Shown: in pieces, positions 28,851-39,907 of the stretch
Position numbering within the stretch: position 1 is the stretch's first letter
Layout: the number at the start of each line of letters is the position of its first letter
Assembly: GCA_963781585.1 (NCBI GenBank)
Contig: CAWAGQ010000004.1
Span: 736,001-800,000 of the forward strand
Reading direction: 5' to 3'
Source of the DNA: an uncultured Gemmatimonadaceae bacterium
Lineage (GTDB): Bacteria; Gemmatimonadota; Gemmatimonadetes; Gemmatimonadales; Gemmatimonadaceae
Length of the DNA: 64,000 nucleotides
The notes under the pieces: generated by a model
Database searches by the model: none
What the model saw: only the letters and a program-made list of their open reading frames with translations
What the model was told of the DNA's origin: nothing
Translations under genes and position numbers: made by a program

Positions 28851-29335
28851 GACCTCTTCGGCTGCATCGTGGTCCGGAATGCCAGAATGACGATCACCCC
28901 GGTGACGGCAGTGAGCGCCGCCGCCAGCGGAGACCAGAGCAGGAGCTGCGTCGCCGTGTCGCGGAAACTCGTGTTCCGCTCAGCCAGCACGTACACCACA
29001 TCATACGCCCACTTGCCAACAAAGAAATAGAAGGCGTGGAGCACCACGTTGTCGGCAAAGAACACGGCCTTGAGCCACGATGCGCCGAACCCGATGACGG
29101 TCATCGCCAGCGCGCCCGCGCCCAGCGACGTCGGCGTCAGGGAATCGGCGATGAGCCCGGTGGCAAACCCCAGGATCGCGGCCGCCCCCGGTCGCAGCCG
29201 GACCGCCATCAGGAGCACGGCGATCACGAGGAAGTCCATCGACACTTTCCATCCCAGGAGAGGCCGCACCGTGTAGTGAAGTGCAACCAGCACCGCGAAC
29301 GCGATCACCGCGCGGAGCGTCACCTGCCACCTCAT
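28847..29335 (-). CDS. mreD: Rod shape-determining protein MreD
   Basis: Small multi-pass membrane protein (GFATGLIADSL) between mreC and mrdA. Confidence 0.85.
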   Translation of the reverse strand: MRWQVTLRAVIAFAVLVALHYTVRPLLGWKVSMDFLVIAVLLMAVRLRPGAAAILGFATGLIADSLTPTSLGAGALAMTVIGFGASWLKAVFFADNVVLHAFYFFVGKWAYDVVYVLAERNTSFRDTATQLLLWSPLAAALTAVTGVIVILAFRTTMQPKRS

Positions 29336-30324
29336 CGCGGCGATCGCTCCGGAGGCGCCGGCGGGATGGAGTCGGGGCGCGGTGTGCTGCGGCGAACCGA
29401 ATCGCGCCGGATGGAGTCACGCTGGGCGTCCAGTCGCGCCAGCGAATCCCCGGCTGCCGCGATGCGGCGCTGCGCCGAGTCGACGCTCTCGGCCGAGGGC
29501 CACAGCGGAGTCAGGTCGCCAACCACCCGCCCGGGCAGGAGCACCATGACGTTGGTCACGTCGGGGGGCTCCACTACCGGCCGGATGAGGTAGGTGCGCG
29601 CCCATCCCTCGCTGGTGGTGATTTCGCTGATGACGGATCCGATCGGGATGCCGCGCGGGAAGACGCCTCCCAACCCGGAGCTGCGAATCAGCGTGCCCGG
29701 TTTGAGCGCCTGCCGGAAGGCCACGCCCCGCAATTCGAGCAGGAAGCGCTCGGGGTCATCGCCGTTGTGGGGGGTGATGATGCCGAAGGCCGTGCCATTC
29801 GCCGCCATGGCGCTCACCCGGAATTCGGGATGGGTCCAGAGGATGACGAGACTGGTGTGCGGATCGACGGCGGAGACGAGGCCCACCAGACCGGCCGGCG
29901 CAACAACCGGTGCGCGCTCGACCACGCCGGCGGTGGCACCGGCGGTCACGACGATGGAGTTCTCGTCGGCGAGGGTGCGCACATGCAGCGCTTCGGCCGG
30001 CACGAACCCCCAGCGCAGCTTGCTCCCCAGGCCGATCAGCCGCCGGAGCCGGTCATTCTCCTGCTCCAGTTCCGCCAGTTCGGCGTTATGCAGCGCCAGA
30101 CTGTCGAGACGGGCGGCGATGGACTCCCGTTCGGCCAGGGCGCTGCGGGCGCGCTCGGCCTGCTGCTGCAATCGGATCAGCGGCGCGACCGCGGTGCGTC
30201 GTAGAGCCGAGGCGACATCGCCGCGAATTCGCGTTGGGAGAACCGTGCAGAGCAGGGCCAGGCCCACACACGCCGCGAGTGCCGCGGTGTCTGCGCGCGT
30301 GCCCGAGCGGACGGCGCGTGCCAC
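29332..30324 (-). CDS. mreC: Rod shape-determining protein MreC
   Basis: Coiled coil LEQENDRLRRL, GLVGLV, SSGLGGVFPRGIPIG. Confidence 0.92.
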   Translation of the reverse strand: MARAVRSGTRADTAALAACVGLALLCTVLPTRIRGDVASALRRTAVAPLIRLQQQAERARSALAERESIAARLDSLALHNAELAELEQENDRLRRLIGLGSKLRWGFVPAEALHVRTLADENSIVVTAGATAGVVERAPVVAPAGLVGLVSAVDPHTSLVILWTHPEFRVSAMAANGTAFGIITPHNGDDPERFLLELRGVAFRQALKPGTLIRSSGLGGVFPRGIPIGSVISEITTSEGWARTYLIRPVVEPPDVTNVMVLLPGRVVGDLTPLWPSAESVDSAQRRIAAAGDSLARLDAQRDSIRRDSVRRSTPRPDSIPPAPPERSPR

Positions 30325-30334
30325 TTCAGCGACC

Positions 30335-31372
30335 TCAGGTGCTCAACACCGACCAGTACTTCTCCTCGTCGTCGAGGATGCGCCCCGTTCCCCGCACTAC
30401 GCAGGTCAGGGGGTCCTCGTCGACATGGATAGGGAGTCCCGTTTCCTGGTGCAGCACGACGTCGAGTCCACGAATCAGCGCACCGCCTCCGGTCATGACG
30501 ATGCCGCGGTCGACGATATCGCTCGCGAGCTCGGGCGGCGTGATTTCCAGCGCGCGGCGCACCGCGTCGACGATCTGCTGGATGGGCTCCTGAATGGCCT
30601 CGCGGATCTCGGTGGAGTGGACGCGGACCGTCTTGGGGATGCCGGAGACGAGGTCGCGTCCCTTCACTTCCGTCTCCCGCTCGTCGCCGACCGGGGCCGC
30701 CGAACCGATGGAGATCTTGATCAGCTCGGCGGTCGGCTCGCCAATGAGCAGGTTGTAGTTCTTGCGCATGAACTGCACGATGGCGGTATCGAGCTCGTCG
30801 CCGCCAGTGCGGATCGAGGTATCGCTGACGATTCCGGAGAGGGCAATGACGGCGATCTCGGTGGTGCCGCCTCCGATATCGATCACCATGTTGCCGGTGG
30901 GCGTTTCGATGGGGAGGCCCACGCCGATCGCCGCCGCCATCGGTTCGGCGACCATGAACACTTCCTTGGCACCGGCGCCTAACGCGGAGTCACGCACCGC
31001 GCGCTTCTCCACTTCGGTGATGCCCGAGGGCACGCACACGATCACCCGCGGCTTGATCTTGAACATCCGGTTGCGGATGATGAGCTCGAGAAAGTAGCGC
31101 AACATCTTCTCGGTCACGTCGAAGTCGGCGATCACGCCGTCCTTCATCGGGCGCACCGCGATGATGCCGTCGGGGGTGCGTCCGAGCATGCGCTTGGCTT
31201 CGAGTCCCACGCCCTTCACCCGCTTGGTGTCGCGATCGATGGCGACCACCGAGGGCTCGTTGAGGACGATTCCTTCGCCCTTGACGAATATCAGCGTGTT
31301 GGCGGTGCCGAGGTCGACGGCAATCGCGTTGGCGGGGAAGAAGGTCCCCGGTTTGAAGAAGGGCCAGCGCAT
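30335..31372 (-). CDS. mreB: Actin-like rod shape protein MreB
   Basis: [38 protein letters not shown]. Confidence 0.98.
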   Translation of the reverse strand: MRWPFFKPGTFFPANAIAVDLGTANTLIFVKGEGIVLNEPSVVAIDRDTKRVKGVGLEAKRMLGRTPDGIIAVRPMKDGVIADFDVTEKMLRYFLELIIRNRMFKIKPRVIVCVPSGITEVEKRAVRDSALGAGAKEVFMVAEPMAAAIGVGLPIETPTGNMVIDIGGGTTEIAVIALSGIVSDTSIRTGGDELDTAIVQFMRKNYNLLIGEPTAELIKISIGSAAPVGDERETEVKGRDLVSGIPKTVRVHSTEIREAIQEPIQQIVDAVRRALEITPPELASDIVDRGIVMTGGGALIRGLDVVLHQETGLPIHVDEDPLTCVVRGTGRILDDEEKYWSVLST

Positions 31373-31436
31373 CGATGGAGTGCTCAACGTGCCGCGGCGC
31401 GTCGGTCGACGAGGTGGGGGGGCAGGAACGCGAGGT

Positions 31437-31465
31437 AAGCTAGTGAGGTGGAGCGAGCTGTGCAA
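31437..31465 (-). promoter_or_regulatory. Sigma70-like promoter of the mre operon
   Basis: TTGCAC-N17-TAGCTT about 65 nt upstream of the mreB ATG. Confidence 0.6.
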
Positions 31466-31988
31466 GACATTGCGTTTTCACAACCTAGACGCTTCGTCTG
31501 ACGTACTGCTGGAAGTCGGGCGGCGGCTTCCAGCGGTCGTTATGAATCATCCGTGTCCGGCTACCCGCCGCCGCAACGTCGTCGCGCACCGACCGCGCGC
31601 CTCATCGGTCCATCGCGTCCACCAGTGGCGCCACGATCCGTCACTCCCGCTGTCGCCGGGCCCGCCTCAGGCCGTCCGCACGCGACGGGGGCCGCATGTA
31701 GGACGCGCGACAGGCGCCAGCGCCACAGCGAGACCGAGGTCCCCACCCGGATGAGTGCGCTCGTTAGGCGCACAACCGGTCTCCGCCGGATCGCGCCGCG
31801 GGCTCGGCTGTGCCGGTCACCGTCGTGGTCGCTGCGATGCGCCGCGCGAAGTGACTTGGGTCGCAGCATGAGACCACGGCGAGGCACATCGTGTCCTCCG
31901 CACGATTCGGCCCTGGGTGGGCAGTTCCGTTGTCGGTGCGGCGCGGTAGCGGGCCGGGTGCTGCGTCCGCGATCACTCGAGGAGGTTC

Positions 31989-32429
31989 ATGATGAGATAT
32001 ACAGGCCGCATTCTGCTGTCCGCGGGGTCGCTCGCCCTGTTGGCAGCCGTTGCCGGGGCGCAGCCGCCGGTGCGAACGGAATCGCCGGGCCAGGTCGTGA
32101 TGATGCCGACCTATGCGACGCTGGTGGCGTCGGTCAACGCCGCTGGTGAGGCGGTGACGAAGATCGACAACCTCGCCGGGCTCACCGCCGACCAGGTCCG
32201 CCTGGTCGATGCCCACGAACTCGTTTCCGACGCGAATCAGAGCGAGTTCGACGCCGCAGTGGAAAAGAACGCGGCCTCGCTGACCGCCCTGCGGACGTCA
32301 CTGCAGAAGAACGACATCATCGCCAAGGCGATTGCCGAGCATCCGGGGAAACCGGCGATCGACGATGTCGTGGCAGCTGATGTTGGTCCGGACAACGAGT
32401 TGACGATCTACTTCCGCAAGAAGGGCTGA
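31989..32429 (+). CDS. Hypothetical secreted protein (146 aa)
   Basis: GGAGG RBS at 31981; signal peptide ending AGA-Q; typical GC3 codon bias. Confidence 0.8.
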   Translation: MMRYTGRILLSAGSLALLAAVAGAQPPVRTESPGQVVMMPTYATLVASVNAAGEAVTKIDNLAGLTADQVRLVDAHELVSDANQSEFDAAVEKNAASLTALRTSLQKNDIIAKAIAEHPGKPAIDDVVAADVGPDNELTIYFRKKG

Positions 32430-32459
32430 GGCGCGGAAACCATTCGCCCGTCCGCCGCA

Positions 32460-32485
32460 CGCGACGCCGGGATCCCGGCGTCGCG
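32460..32485. terminator. 26-bp perfect palindrome between convergent genes (possible bidirectional terminator)
   Basis: CGCGACGCCGGGATCCCGGCGTCGCG equals its own reverse complement. Confidence 0.55.
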
Positions 32486-32499
32486 CGCGGCGTCGCGAG

Positions 32500-33012
32500 T
32501 CACCCGGTGCTGCCAAAGCCCCCCGCGCCGCGCGCGGTCTCCTCGAGCCTGGCCGCCTCCATCAGGACCGGCGCCTCGTACCGCGCAAACACCAGCTGGG
32601 CAATCCGGTCGCCGCGCCGAATCGTGACCGGCCCGGCGCCCGCGTGAAGCAGAATGATCTTCAGTTCGCCGCGATAGTCGGAGTCGATCGTTCCTGGTGC
32701 GTTCGGCAGCGTGATGCCGTGCTTCAGAGCGAGTCCGGAGCGTGGTCGCACCTGCATCTCGATTCCGGGCGGAATGGCGAACGCGAGTCCCGTGGCCACC
32801 GCCCGCAGCTCCCCGGGCTGCAGCACGAAGTCCGGCTCGGCCGAGGCGACGTCGTAGCCGGCCGCCCCCGGTGTCTGCCGCGCCGGCAGCGGGAGATCGC
32901 GATTGTGCGCCAGTCGCCTCACGGCCACGGAGAGGGAATCCAACTGAACGGGCCGGTCGATTCCCCGCTCGTGTGCGCCGATCTGGCTCAACGAGGCGCC
33001 GTGGTCGGTCAT
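32500..33012 (-). CDS. dut: dUTP diphosphatase
   Basis: [40 protein letters not shown]; start uncertain. Confidence 0.95.
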   Translation of the reverse strand: MTDHGASLSQIGAHERGIDRPVQLDSLSVAVRRLAHNRDLPLPARQTPGAAGYDVASAEPDFVLQPGELRAVATGLAFAIPPGIEMQVRPRSGLALKHGITLPNAPGTIDSDYRGELKIILLHAGAGPVTIRRGDRIAQLVFARYEAPVLMEAARLEETARGAGGFGSTG

Positions 33013-33020
33013 CCGTGTCC

Positions 33021-34136
33021 CTACCGGAGCAGTTCGGCCGGATCGTGGCACGGCAGGCCGAAAGCCTCTGCCACGCCCGGATAGGTCACCTTCCCTGCGG
33101 CGATGTTGAGTCCCTTGAGCAGCGCGGCATTGGACGCGAGCGCCTTCTTCCATCCCTTGGTTGCCAACTGCACCGCGTACGGGTACGTCGCGTTGGTCAG
33201 CGCCAGCGTGGACGTGCGCGGCACCCCGCCGGGCATGTTGGCGACTCCATAATGGATCACGCCGTCCACCACGTAGGTGGGATTCTCGTGCGTCGTGGCG
33301 TGGATCGTCTCCACGCATCCCCCCTGGTCGATGGCGACATCCACGATCACGGCTCCGGCCTTCATCCGTTTGAGGTCCTCGCGGCGTACGAGCTTGGGCG
33401 CCTTGGCTCCGGGAATCAGTACGCCGCCAATAACGAGATCAGCCGTCTCGATGGCGTCGAGGATGTTGTGCCGGTTGGAGTAGATGAGCTGCACGTTCCC
33501 AGGCATCACGTCGGACAGGTAGCGCAGCCGCTCGAGCGACAGATCGAGGATGAGAACCCGGGCTCCCATCCCCGCCGCCATCTTCGCGGCGTTCGTGCCG
33601 ACCACCCCGCCACCAAGCACCACCACCTTGGCCGGTGGCACACCGGGCACGCCGCCCAGCAGCAGCCCGCGGCCACCGTACAGCTTCTCGAGGTACTTTG
33701 CTCCTTCCTGCACCGCCATCCGGCCTGCCACTTCCGACATCGGAGTGAGCAGCGGCAGCTCCCGCGTCGGCAGCTCCACCGTCTCGTACGCAATGCACAC
33801 CGCACCGCTGTCCATATGGGCACGCGTCAGGCGCTCGTCGGCCGCGAAATGGAAGTAGGTGAAGATGACCTGCCCCGATCGCATGCGCTTCCATTCCGGC
33901 TCGATCGGCTCCTTGACTTTCATGATCATGTCGGCGCTCGCCCATACCGCATCGGCATCGGAGGCGATACTGGCGCCGGCCGCCACATACTGCTCGTCTT
34001 CGAATCCACTCCCGACCCCGGCACCCGCTTCGATGAGGATTCGATGTCCGGCGGCCGACAGGTCTTCGGCCGCGGCCGGAACGAGGGCGACCCGGTTCTC
34101 GTTCGTCTTGATCTCTTTTGGCACCCCGATGAGCAT
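33021..34136 (-). CDS. ald: Alanine dehydrogenase
   Basis: [42 protein letters not shown]. Confidence 0.97.
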   Translation of the reverse strand: MLIGVPKEIKTNENRVALVPAAAEDLSAAGHRILIEAGAGVGSGFEDEQYVAAGASIASDADAVWASADMIMKVKEPIEPEWKRMRSGQVIFTYFHFAADERLTRAHMDSGAVCIAYETVELPTRELPLLTPMSEVAGRMAVQEGAKYLEKLYGGRGLLLGGVPGVPPAKVVVLGGGVVGTNAAKMAAGMGARVLILDLSLERLRYLSDVMPGNVQLIYSNRHNILDAIETADLVIGGVLIPGAKAPKLVRREDLKRMKAGAVIVDVAIDQGGCVETIHATTHENPTYVVDGVIHYGVANMPGGVPRTSTLALTNATYPYAVQLATKGWKKALASNAALLKGLNIAAGKVTYPGVAEAFGLPCHDPAELLR

Positions 34137-34160
34137 GGTCGTTGATGAGGCAAAGGGTGG

Positions 34161-35432
34161 TCAGGTCGCGTCGTTCGCGCGGCCGAGTGTCACGATGGTC
34201 TGCTGCGAGGGCTGAAAGAACGCGGCACACAACTCGGCGACGTCGTCCGGCGTGATCTGGTCGATCCGCGCCAGAATGGCGTCCAGCGGTTGAAACGGTT
34301 CGCCGTACAACTCGGTCGCCGCCACACGAAACATGCGTGACGCCGACGATTCGAGCGAGAGCGTGAGCTGACCCTTCAGCTGGTTCTTTCCCGCTTCGAT
34401 TTCCGCCTCCGGCAAGCCGTCGCGCGACACGGTTTCCAGTTCGCCCAGAATCTCGTCGAGGGCGCGTGTGGCGGTGTCAGGGGACGTCCCGACATAGATG
34501 CCGTGAATTCCCGAGTCCAGGTGATAGGACTGAAAGGTGTAGACCGAATACGCCAGCCCCAGCTCCTCGCGCACGCGCTGGAACAATCGCGAACTCATGC
34601 CCCCGCCGAGCATCAGGCTCGCCAGCGTCACGGCGTAGCGCCGTGGGTCGCCGTAGCGCACGGTGGGCGCCCCGAGGACGATGTGCGTTTGCGCCCCCTC
34701 GCGTTCGATGTGACGGCGTGACGGGGCCGCGGTCACCGGAGGTGGGACCGCGGGGACCGGTTCGCCGCCCGGCGACCGCTCCATCCAGCCGGTGTCGCGC
34801 AGCACGTCGAGGAGCGCATCGTGGTCCACGCAGCCGGCGGCGGAGATCACAATGTGCTGCGGCTGATAGGCAGCCTGCTGCAGCGCGCTGAGTTCCGCGA
34901 TGCTCATCCCCGAGACGGACTCCCGGGTTCCCAGGATCGTGTACCCGTACGGATGATCGCCCCAGAGGGCGGCGTTGTGCAGTTCGAACACCAGGTCGTC
35001 AGGCATGTCATCGACCATGGCGATTTCCTCCAGCACCACGCGGCGTTCGAGCCGCAGGTCTTCCTCGCGGAGCAGTGGCCGGAAGATCAGATCGCAGAGT
35101 ACGTCGGCCGCCTGGGAGAGGTGCTCGTCCAGCACCCGCGCCTGAAACGACGTGTGCTCACGCGCCGTGAAGGCGTCCAGCGAGCCACCGAGGCTCTCGA
35201 GCGAGAGCGCGATCTCCCGCGCGCTGCGGCGCGCGGTGCCCTTGAACACCATGTGCTCGAGGAGGTGAGACACCCCCATCTGCTGGCGCGTCTCGTGCGC
35301 CGAGGCGCGCCGGATCCACGCCCCCAGCGCAACCGACCGCACACCGGGCATGTTCTCGGTGACGACGGTCAGTCCATTCTCGAGGCCCGTTCGGCGGTAT
35401 TCGCTGACCGCGCCCGAGGCCGTGGTGCTCAC
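34161..35432 (-). CDS. M16 (pitrilysin) family zinc peptidase
   Basis: HLLEHMVFKGT (HxxEH), LGGGMSSRLFQRVREELGLAYSV; directly downstream of pnp. Confidence 0.93.
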   Translation of the reverse strand: MSTTASGAVSEYRRTGLENGLTVVTENMPGVRSVALGAWIRRASAHETRQQMGVSHLLEHMVFKGTARRSAREIALSLESLGGSLDAFTAREHTSFQARVLDEHLSQAADVLCDLIFRPLLREEDLRLERRVVLEEIAMVDDMPDDLVFELHNAALWGDHPYGYTILGTRESVSGMSIAELSALQQAAYQPQHIVISAAGCVDHDALLDVLRDTGWMERSPGGEPVPAVPPPVTAAPSRRHIEREGAQTHIVLGAPTVRYGDPRRYAVTLASLMLGGGMSSRLFQRVREELGLAYSVYTFQSYHLDSGIHGIYVGTSPDTATRALDEILGELETVSRDGLPEAEIEAGKNQLKGQLTLSLESSASRMFRVAATELYGEPFQPLDAILARIDQITPDDVAELCAAFFQPSQQTIVTLGRANDAT

Positions 35433-37693
35433 GCCTCCCGGCCCCGCCCTCCGCCGCGGCCGCCACGCCGCGGCCGGCGGCTTCCGCGATCGCCTCCCCG
35501 GCTCCCCTCGCCGCTCCCGCCGCCGCCATGGCCTTCGGCACTGGCGCCGGCCGGCTCGGGTTCGCCCTCACCTTCACCCTCGGGCGCGCCGTTCGTGGCC
35601 GTCCCTTCCGGCTTTGGCTGCAGCGCTTTCATCGACAGGCGCAGGCGTCCGCGCTCGTCGCGCTCGATCAGCTTCACCTTGACGCGATCGCCCTTCTTGA
35701 CCACGTCCTCGGTGCGCTCGGTGCGTCCGTGGCGCATCTCGGAAATGTGCAGCAGCCCTTCGGTGCCCGGGAGAATCTCGATGAACGCGCCGAACGCCGT
35801 GGTGCTCTTGACCGTCCCTTCGTAGGTCTCTCCCACCACCGGGTCCTGGGTGATGGCCTGCACCATCTGCTTCGCTCGTTCCATGCTCTCGCCCCCGACC
35901 GCGGCAATGGTGACCACGCCGGAGTCGTCGACCGTGATCTCGGCGCCGGTCTCGTCCTGAATGCCGCGGATCGTCTTCCCCTTCGGCCCAATGAGATCGC
36001 CGATCTTCTCGGGATTGATGGTGATGGTGACGATGCGGGGCGCATACGGTGAGAGATCCGGGCGGGGCGCCGGAAGCGCCTCACGCATCTTGCCCAGGAT
36101 GTGGAGTCGTCCCTCGAGCGCCTGGGCCAGCGCTTCCTTCATGATCTGGAGATCGAGTCCTTCGATCTTGATGTCCATCTGGATCGACGTGATGCCGCGT
36201 TCGGTTCCCGCCACCTTGAAGTCCATGTCGCCCAGATGGTCTTCGGTGCCGAGAATGTCCGTCAGCACCACGTAGCGGTCCCCTTCCTTGATCAGTCCCA
36301 TGGCGACGCCCGCCACCGCGGCGCGGATCGGGACGCCGGCATCGAACAGGGCCAGCGATCCTCCGCAGACCGACGCCATCGACGACGACCCGTTGGATTC
36401 GAGCACGTCGGACACGATGCGAATGGTATACGGAAACTCCTCGTACGGCGGCAGGATGCCCTGGAGCGCGCGCTCGGCGAGGTTGCCGTGGCCGATCTCG
36501 CGCCGGCTCGTGCCACGCATCGGCCGCACTTCGCCCGTGGAAAACGGCGGGAAGTTGTAGTGCAGCATGAAGGACTTCGTGACTTCCCCCAGATCGTCGA
36601 TCGTATCGAGTCGCTGCACGTCCTCTGCCGTCCCCAGCGTGCAGGCCACCAGCGCCTGCGTCTGACCGCGGGTGAACAGGGCGGACCCATGGGCCCTCGG
36701 CAACACCGGCGCGTCGATGGTAATGGGACGCACCTCCTGCGGTTTGCGACCGTCTACCCGGAGACCGGTATCGAGCACCTGCGCCCGGAGCGCGCCGTAC
36801 TCCAGGTTGCCGAGCAGCTCACCCACGTGCGGAGCCCATTCGGGGTGCTCGGCAACGAGCGCGTCGGACACCTGCGCCTTCACCGCTTCCACAGCCTGGA
36901 TTCGGGTGTGCTTTTCCTTCTGATTGATCGCCTCGACAATGCGCTGTTGCGCATCGCGGGTCACCCGTTCGGTCAGGTCCTGGGGCGGCTCGGAGCGGCT
37001 CCAGGTCATCTTCTGGACCGGGTCCAGACGACCGAGGAGTTCGCGCTCGACCTCGATCAGCTCCCGGATCCCGCGGTGCCCGAGCGCCAGCGCTTCGAGC
37101 ATGTCGGCCTCGTTGACTTCCAGGGCCCCGCCTTCCACCATGACGATGGAGTCGGCTGAGCCGGCGACCACGATTTCCAGGTCACTGTACTGCAGCTGCT
37201 GGAAGGTCGGATTCAGCACCCACTTGCCCTGCACCCGTCCCACGCGCACCCCGGCAATGGGTCCCAGGAAGGGAATCCGCGACGCGTTGAGGGCGCACGA
37301 CGCCGCCACCAGGCCGAGCACATCGGCGTCGTTCTCCTGATCCGCGGAGACGACGTAGACGAAGACCTGCACCTCGTTGCGGAATCCTTCGGGGAAGAGC
37401 GGTCGGATGGAGCGATCGATGATCCGGGCGGAGATGATCTCCGCGTCGTGGGGCCGCCCCTCTCGCTTGATGAAGCCGCCGGGGATCTTGCCGGCGGCAT
37501 AGGTCCGCTCCCGGTACTCGACCAGGAGCGGGAAGAACGGCAGGGCGCTCTCGCGGTCACTGACGGTGACGGCGGCGATGACCATGGTGTCGCCGAACTG
37601 TACGACCGCGCTGCCGGCGGCCTGCTTCGCCATCCGGCCCGATTCGAGTACGAAGCGCCGGCTGGCGAAGTTCCTTTCCACGCGCTGCATCAT
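35429..37693 (-). CDS. pnp: Polyribonucleotide nucleotidyltransferase
   Basis: AGKIPGGFIKREG, FTRGQTQ, RREIGHG, ESNGSSSMAS, GDMDFKVAG, KH and S1 domains. Confidence 0.98.
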   Translation of the reverse strand: MMQRVERNFASRRFVLESGRMAKQAAGSAVVQFGDTMVIAAVTVSDRESALPFFPLLVEYRERTYAAGKIPGGFIKREGRPHDAEIISARIIDRSIRPLFPEGFRNEVQVFVYVVSADQENDADVLGLVAASCALNASRIPFLGPIAGVRVGRVQGKWVLNPTFQQLQYSDLEIVVAGSADSIVMVEGGALEVNEADMLEALALGHRGIRELIEVERELLGRLDPVQKMTWSRSEPPQDLTERVTRDAQQRIVEAINQKEKHTRIQAVEAVKAQVSDALVAEHPEWAPHVGELLGNLEYGALRAQVLDTGLRVDGRKPQEVRPITIDAPVLPRAHGSALFTRGQTQALVACTLGTAEDVQRLDTIDDLGEVTKSFMLHYNFPPFSTGEVRPMRGTSRREIGHGNLAERALQGILPPYEEFPYTIRIVSDVLESNGSSSMASVCGGSLALFDAGVPIRAAVAGVAMGLIKEGDRYVVLTDILGTEDHLGDMDFKVAGTERGITSIQMDIKIEGLDLQIMKEALAQALEGRLHILGKMREALPAPRPDLSPYAPRIVTITINPEKIGDLIGPKGKTIRGIQDETGAEITVDDSGVVTIAAVGGESMERAKQMVQAITQDPVVGETYEGTVKSTTAFGAFIEILPGTEGLLHISEMRHGRTERTEDVVKKGDRVKVKLIERDERGRLRLSMKALQPKPEGTATNGAPEGEGEGEPEPAGASAEGHGGGGSGEGSRGGDRGSRRPRRGGRGGGRGREA

Positions 37694-37762
37694 GTCTGTC
37701 AGACCTCTCGATACGCTGCGGGCGGCGACGTGAGGTCGCCGGAGCGTAGATGGGGCATCGTC

Positions 37763-37800
37763 AAACACAAAACGCGCGGGCTCAAGGGCGTGCCCGCGCG
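37763..37800 (-). terminator. Intrinsic terminator after rpsO
   Basis: Minus strand CGCGCGGGC-loop-GCCCGCGCG followed by TTTTGTGTTT. Confidence 0.8.
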
Positions 37801-37821
37801 GTCAGTGATGGACGATGCGAG

Positions 37822-38082
37822 TTAGTGGCGCAGGCCGAGATCACTGATGATCTGGCGGTACCGCTGGACGTCGGTGCGCTTCAGATACTCGAGGAGTCGC
37901 CGACGTTGGCCGACCATCTTGAGGAGTCCACGGCGGCTGTGGAAGTCCTTCACGTGCGCCTTGAAGTGATCCGTGAGGTAATTGATGCGTTCCGTGAGGA
38001 GCGCGATCTGCACCTGCGCCGACCCGGTATCCGCCTCGTGCATCCGGTGCCTGGCGATCGTCGGTGCCTTTTCAAAACCCAT
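37822..38082 (-). CDS. rpsO: 30S ribosomal protein S15
   Basis: [39 protein letters not shown]. Confidence 0.98.
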   Translation of the reverse strand: MGFEKAPTIARHRMHEADTGSAQVQIALLTERINYLTDHFKAHVKDFHSRRGLLKMVGQRRRLLEYLKRTDVQRYRQIISDLGLRH

Positions 38083-38140
38083 GATGTATATTCCCCGCGC
38101 GATCTCTGTCGCGCATGCGCTAAGTCCTTTGGAGCAAAGC

Positions 38141-38169
38141 AATTTACTGGCCGACCCCACCCCTGTAAA
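38141..38169 (-). promoter_or_regulatory. Sigma70-like promoter of rpsO-pnp
   Basis: TTTACA-N17-TAAATT. Confidence 0.6.
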
Positions 38170-38181
38170 GGCGTTACCGGA

Positions 38182-39813
38182 GTGCCTGAACGCTACCTCG
38201 GCCAATCGTTCGGCAAGTACCAGATCGAGAGCCTGATCGGGTCTGGCGGCTTCGCCTGGGTCTTCAAGGGGTATGACCCGGAGCTCGAAATCCCGGTCGC
38301 CATCAAGGTGCTGAAGCCGCAGTTCGCCGGCGATCCCATCCTGGTTGATCGATTCCGGCGCGAGGCATCGACGGCCGCCAAGCTCCGGCACCCGAACATC
38401 ATCAAGATCTACGCGGTGGGCCGGGAGCGGGACGCCGTGTATTTCGTGATGGACTACCTGCCCACGGGGCTCGCCGACAAGCTCGAGGCGACCAGCACCC
38501 TGCCCGAGGATTACGTGGTGCGGGTCGGGATCGATGTGGCGCGGGCACTCGGGTTCGCCCACCGCGAAGGGGTGATTCACCGGGACATCAAGGTGGACAA
38601 CATCCTGTTCGACGCCCACGGCAACGCGGTGGTCGCCGATTTCGGCATCGCCCGCGCGGTGAGCGGCTATACCCAGCACACCGGCACCAACATGGTGGTG
38701 GGGACGCCGCAGTACTTCGCGCCGGAGCAGGCCCGGGCCAAGCCGCTCGATGGCCGGGCGGACATCTACTCGTTAGGCGTCACGTTGTACCGGGCGGCTA
38801 CTGGCCGCCTCCCGTTCGAGGGCGATGACTGGTACGAAATCGCCCGGCAGCACGTGGAGGACCCCCCTCCCCATCCACGCACCATCGTCCCGGATCTGTC
38901 ACCCGAGTTCGAACGCGTGGTGCTGTGGTGCCTTGGCAAGCAGCCTGATGACCGCCCGGCAACCGGCGATGCGCTGGCCGAAGCATTGGAGGCGCTCCGG
39001 GCGGTCCATCGCGACCCGACCCTCGCGCGGACCCTCTCGGTCCCGCTCTCGCTGACTCCCACGCTCGTCGCACCCGTCCCGGCCGTGGCGGTGAGGACCA
39101 GGCCGAAGCGTGGTGTCAACTCCACCACCGTGGCGCTCGCGATCTTTGCGGTGCTCATGGGCGGGGCGTTCATGGCGCCCCGGGTCTACCACTGGATGGC
39201 GACAGGGAGAGGCGCGGGGAGTACCGTGGACACGAGTCTGTTGCAGGCCCCCGTGGTCGTCTCCGATACCGGCGCGCCGGATTCACAGAAGACGGCGGTA
39301 CCCACCGGGCCCGTCGCCCGCGATACGACCGCGTCGCTGGTGCTGACGTCGTATCCGGACGCGACCCTCAGGTTCAACGGCGATACCGTGGGCAGCGGGG
39401 GCACCTGGCGCACCGATACGCAGCGCCCCGGCACCTACGTTGCCGTGGCGACCGTGCCGTCCGCCGCGCCGTGTCCCAGTGCGCGCGACACCGCGGTGGT
39501 GAACCTGCGGGCCGGGGCACCGCCCGTGAAGGTGACGCTCCACCCGCACAGTTGCGGCACCTTGCAGCTCATGGCGCTGGTGCGGAACGCCAACACGAAC
39601 ACCAGCGTCGAGTACGTGCTCACCTCCCTCGATGGGAAGCGGTTCACCGGCCCGGTGACCGTGGGGACGCGACAGGAGATCGTGCTGCCGCCGGGCCAGT
39701 ACCAGCTCGACGTCACGAAGCCGGTCTGCGCGTCCTACCACGAAGCGTCGGTGACAATCAGCTCCAACACCGTGACCAACCTGCCGACGTTCACCATCGA
39801 CTGCGGCGGTTGA
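38182..39813 (+). CDS. Hanks-type Ser/Thr kinase with TM helix and extracellular PEGA-like beta-sandwich region
   Basis: [40 protein letters not shown] segment [14 protein letters not shown]; Thr-rich C-terminus with four Cys. Confidence 0.9.
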   Translation: MPERYLGQSFGKYQIESLIGSGGFAWVFKGYDPELEIPVAIKVLKPQFAGDPILVDRFRREASTAAKLRHPNIIKIYAVGRERDAVYFVMDYLPTGLADKLEATSTLPEDYVVRVGIDVARALGFAHREGVIHRDIKVDNILFDAHGNAVVADFGIARAVSGYTQHTGTNMVVGTPQYFAPEQARAKPLDGRADIYSLGVTLYRAATGRLPFEGDDWYEIARQHVEDPPPHPRTIVPDLSPEFERVVLWCLGKQPDDRPATGDALAEALEALRAVHRDPTLARTLSVPLSLTPTLVAPVPAVAVRTRPKRGVNSTTVALAIFAVLMGGAFMAPRVYHWMATGRGAGSTVDTSLLQAPVVVSDTGAPDSQKTAVPTGPVARDTTASLVLTSYPDATLRFNGDTVGSGGTWRTDTQRPGTYVAVATVPSAAPCPSARDTAVVNLRAGAPPVKVTLHPHSCGTLQLMALVRNANTNTSVEYVLTSLDGKRFTGPVTVGTRQEIVLPPGQYQLDVTKPVCASYHEASVTISSNTVTNLPTFTIDCGG

Positions 39814-39907
39814 CGTCGCGGCGGCGCGCTCGCGGTGCCCGACCGCACCGCGGCGATCGAGGCGGATCATTTACCAACGATCTGCAGGGTGTCGGAAGTG
39901 GCGGCCG

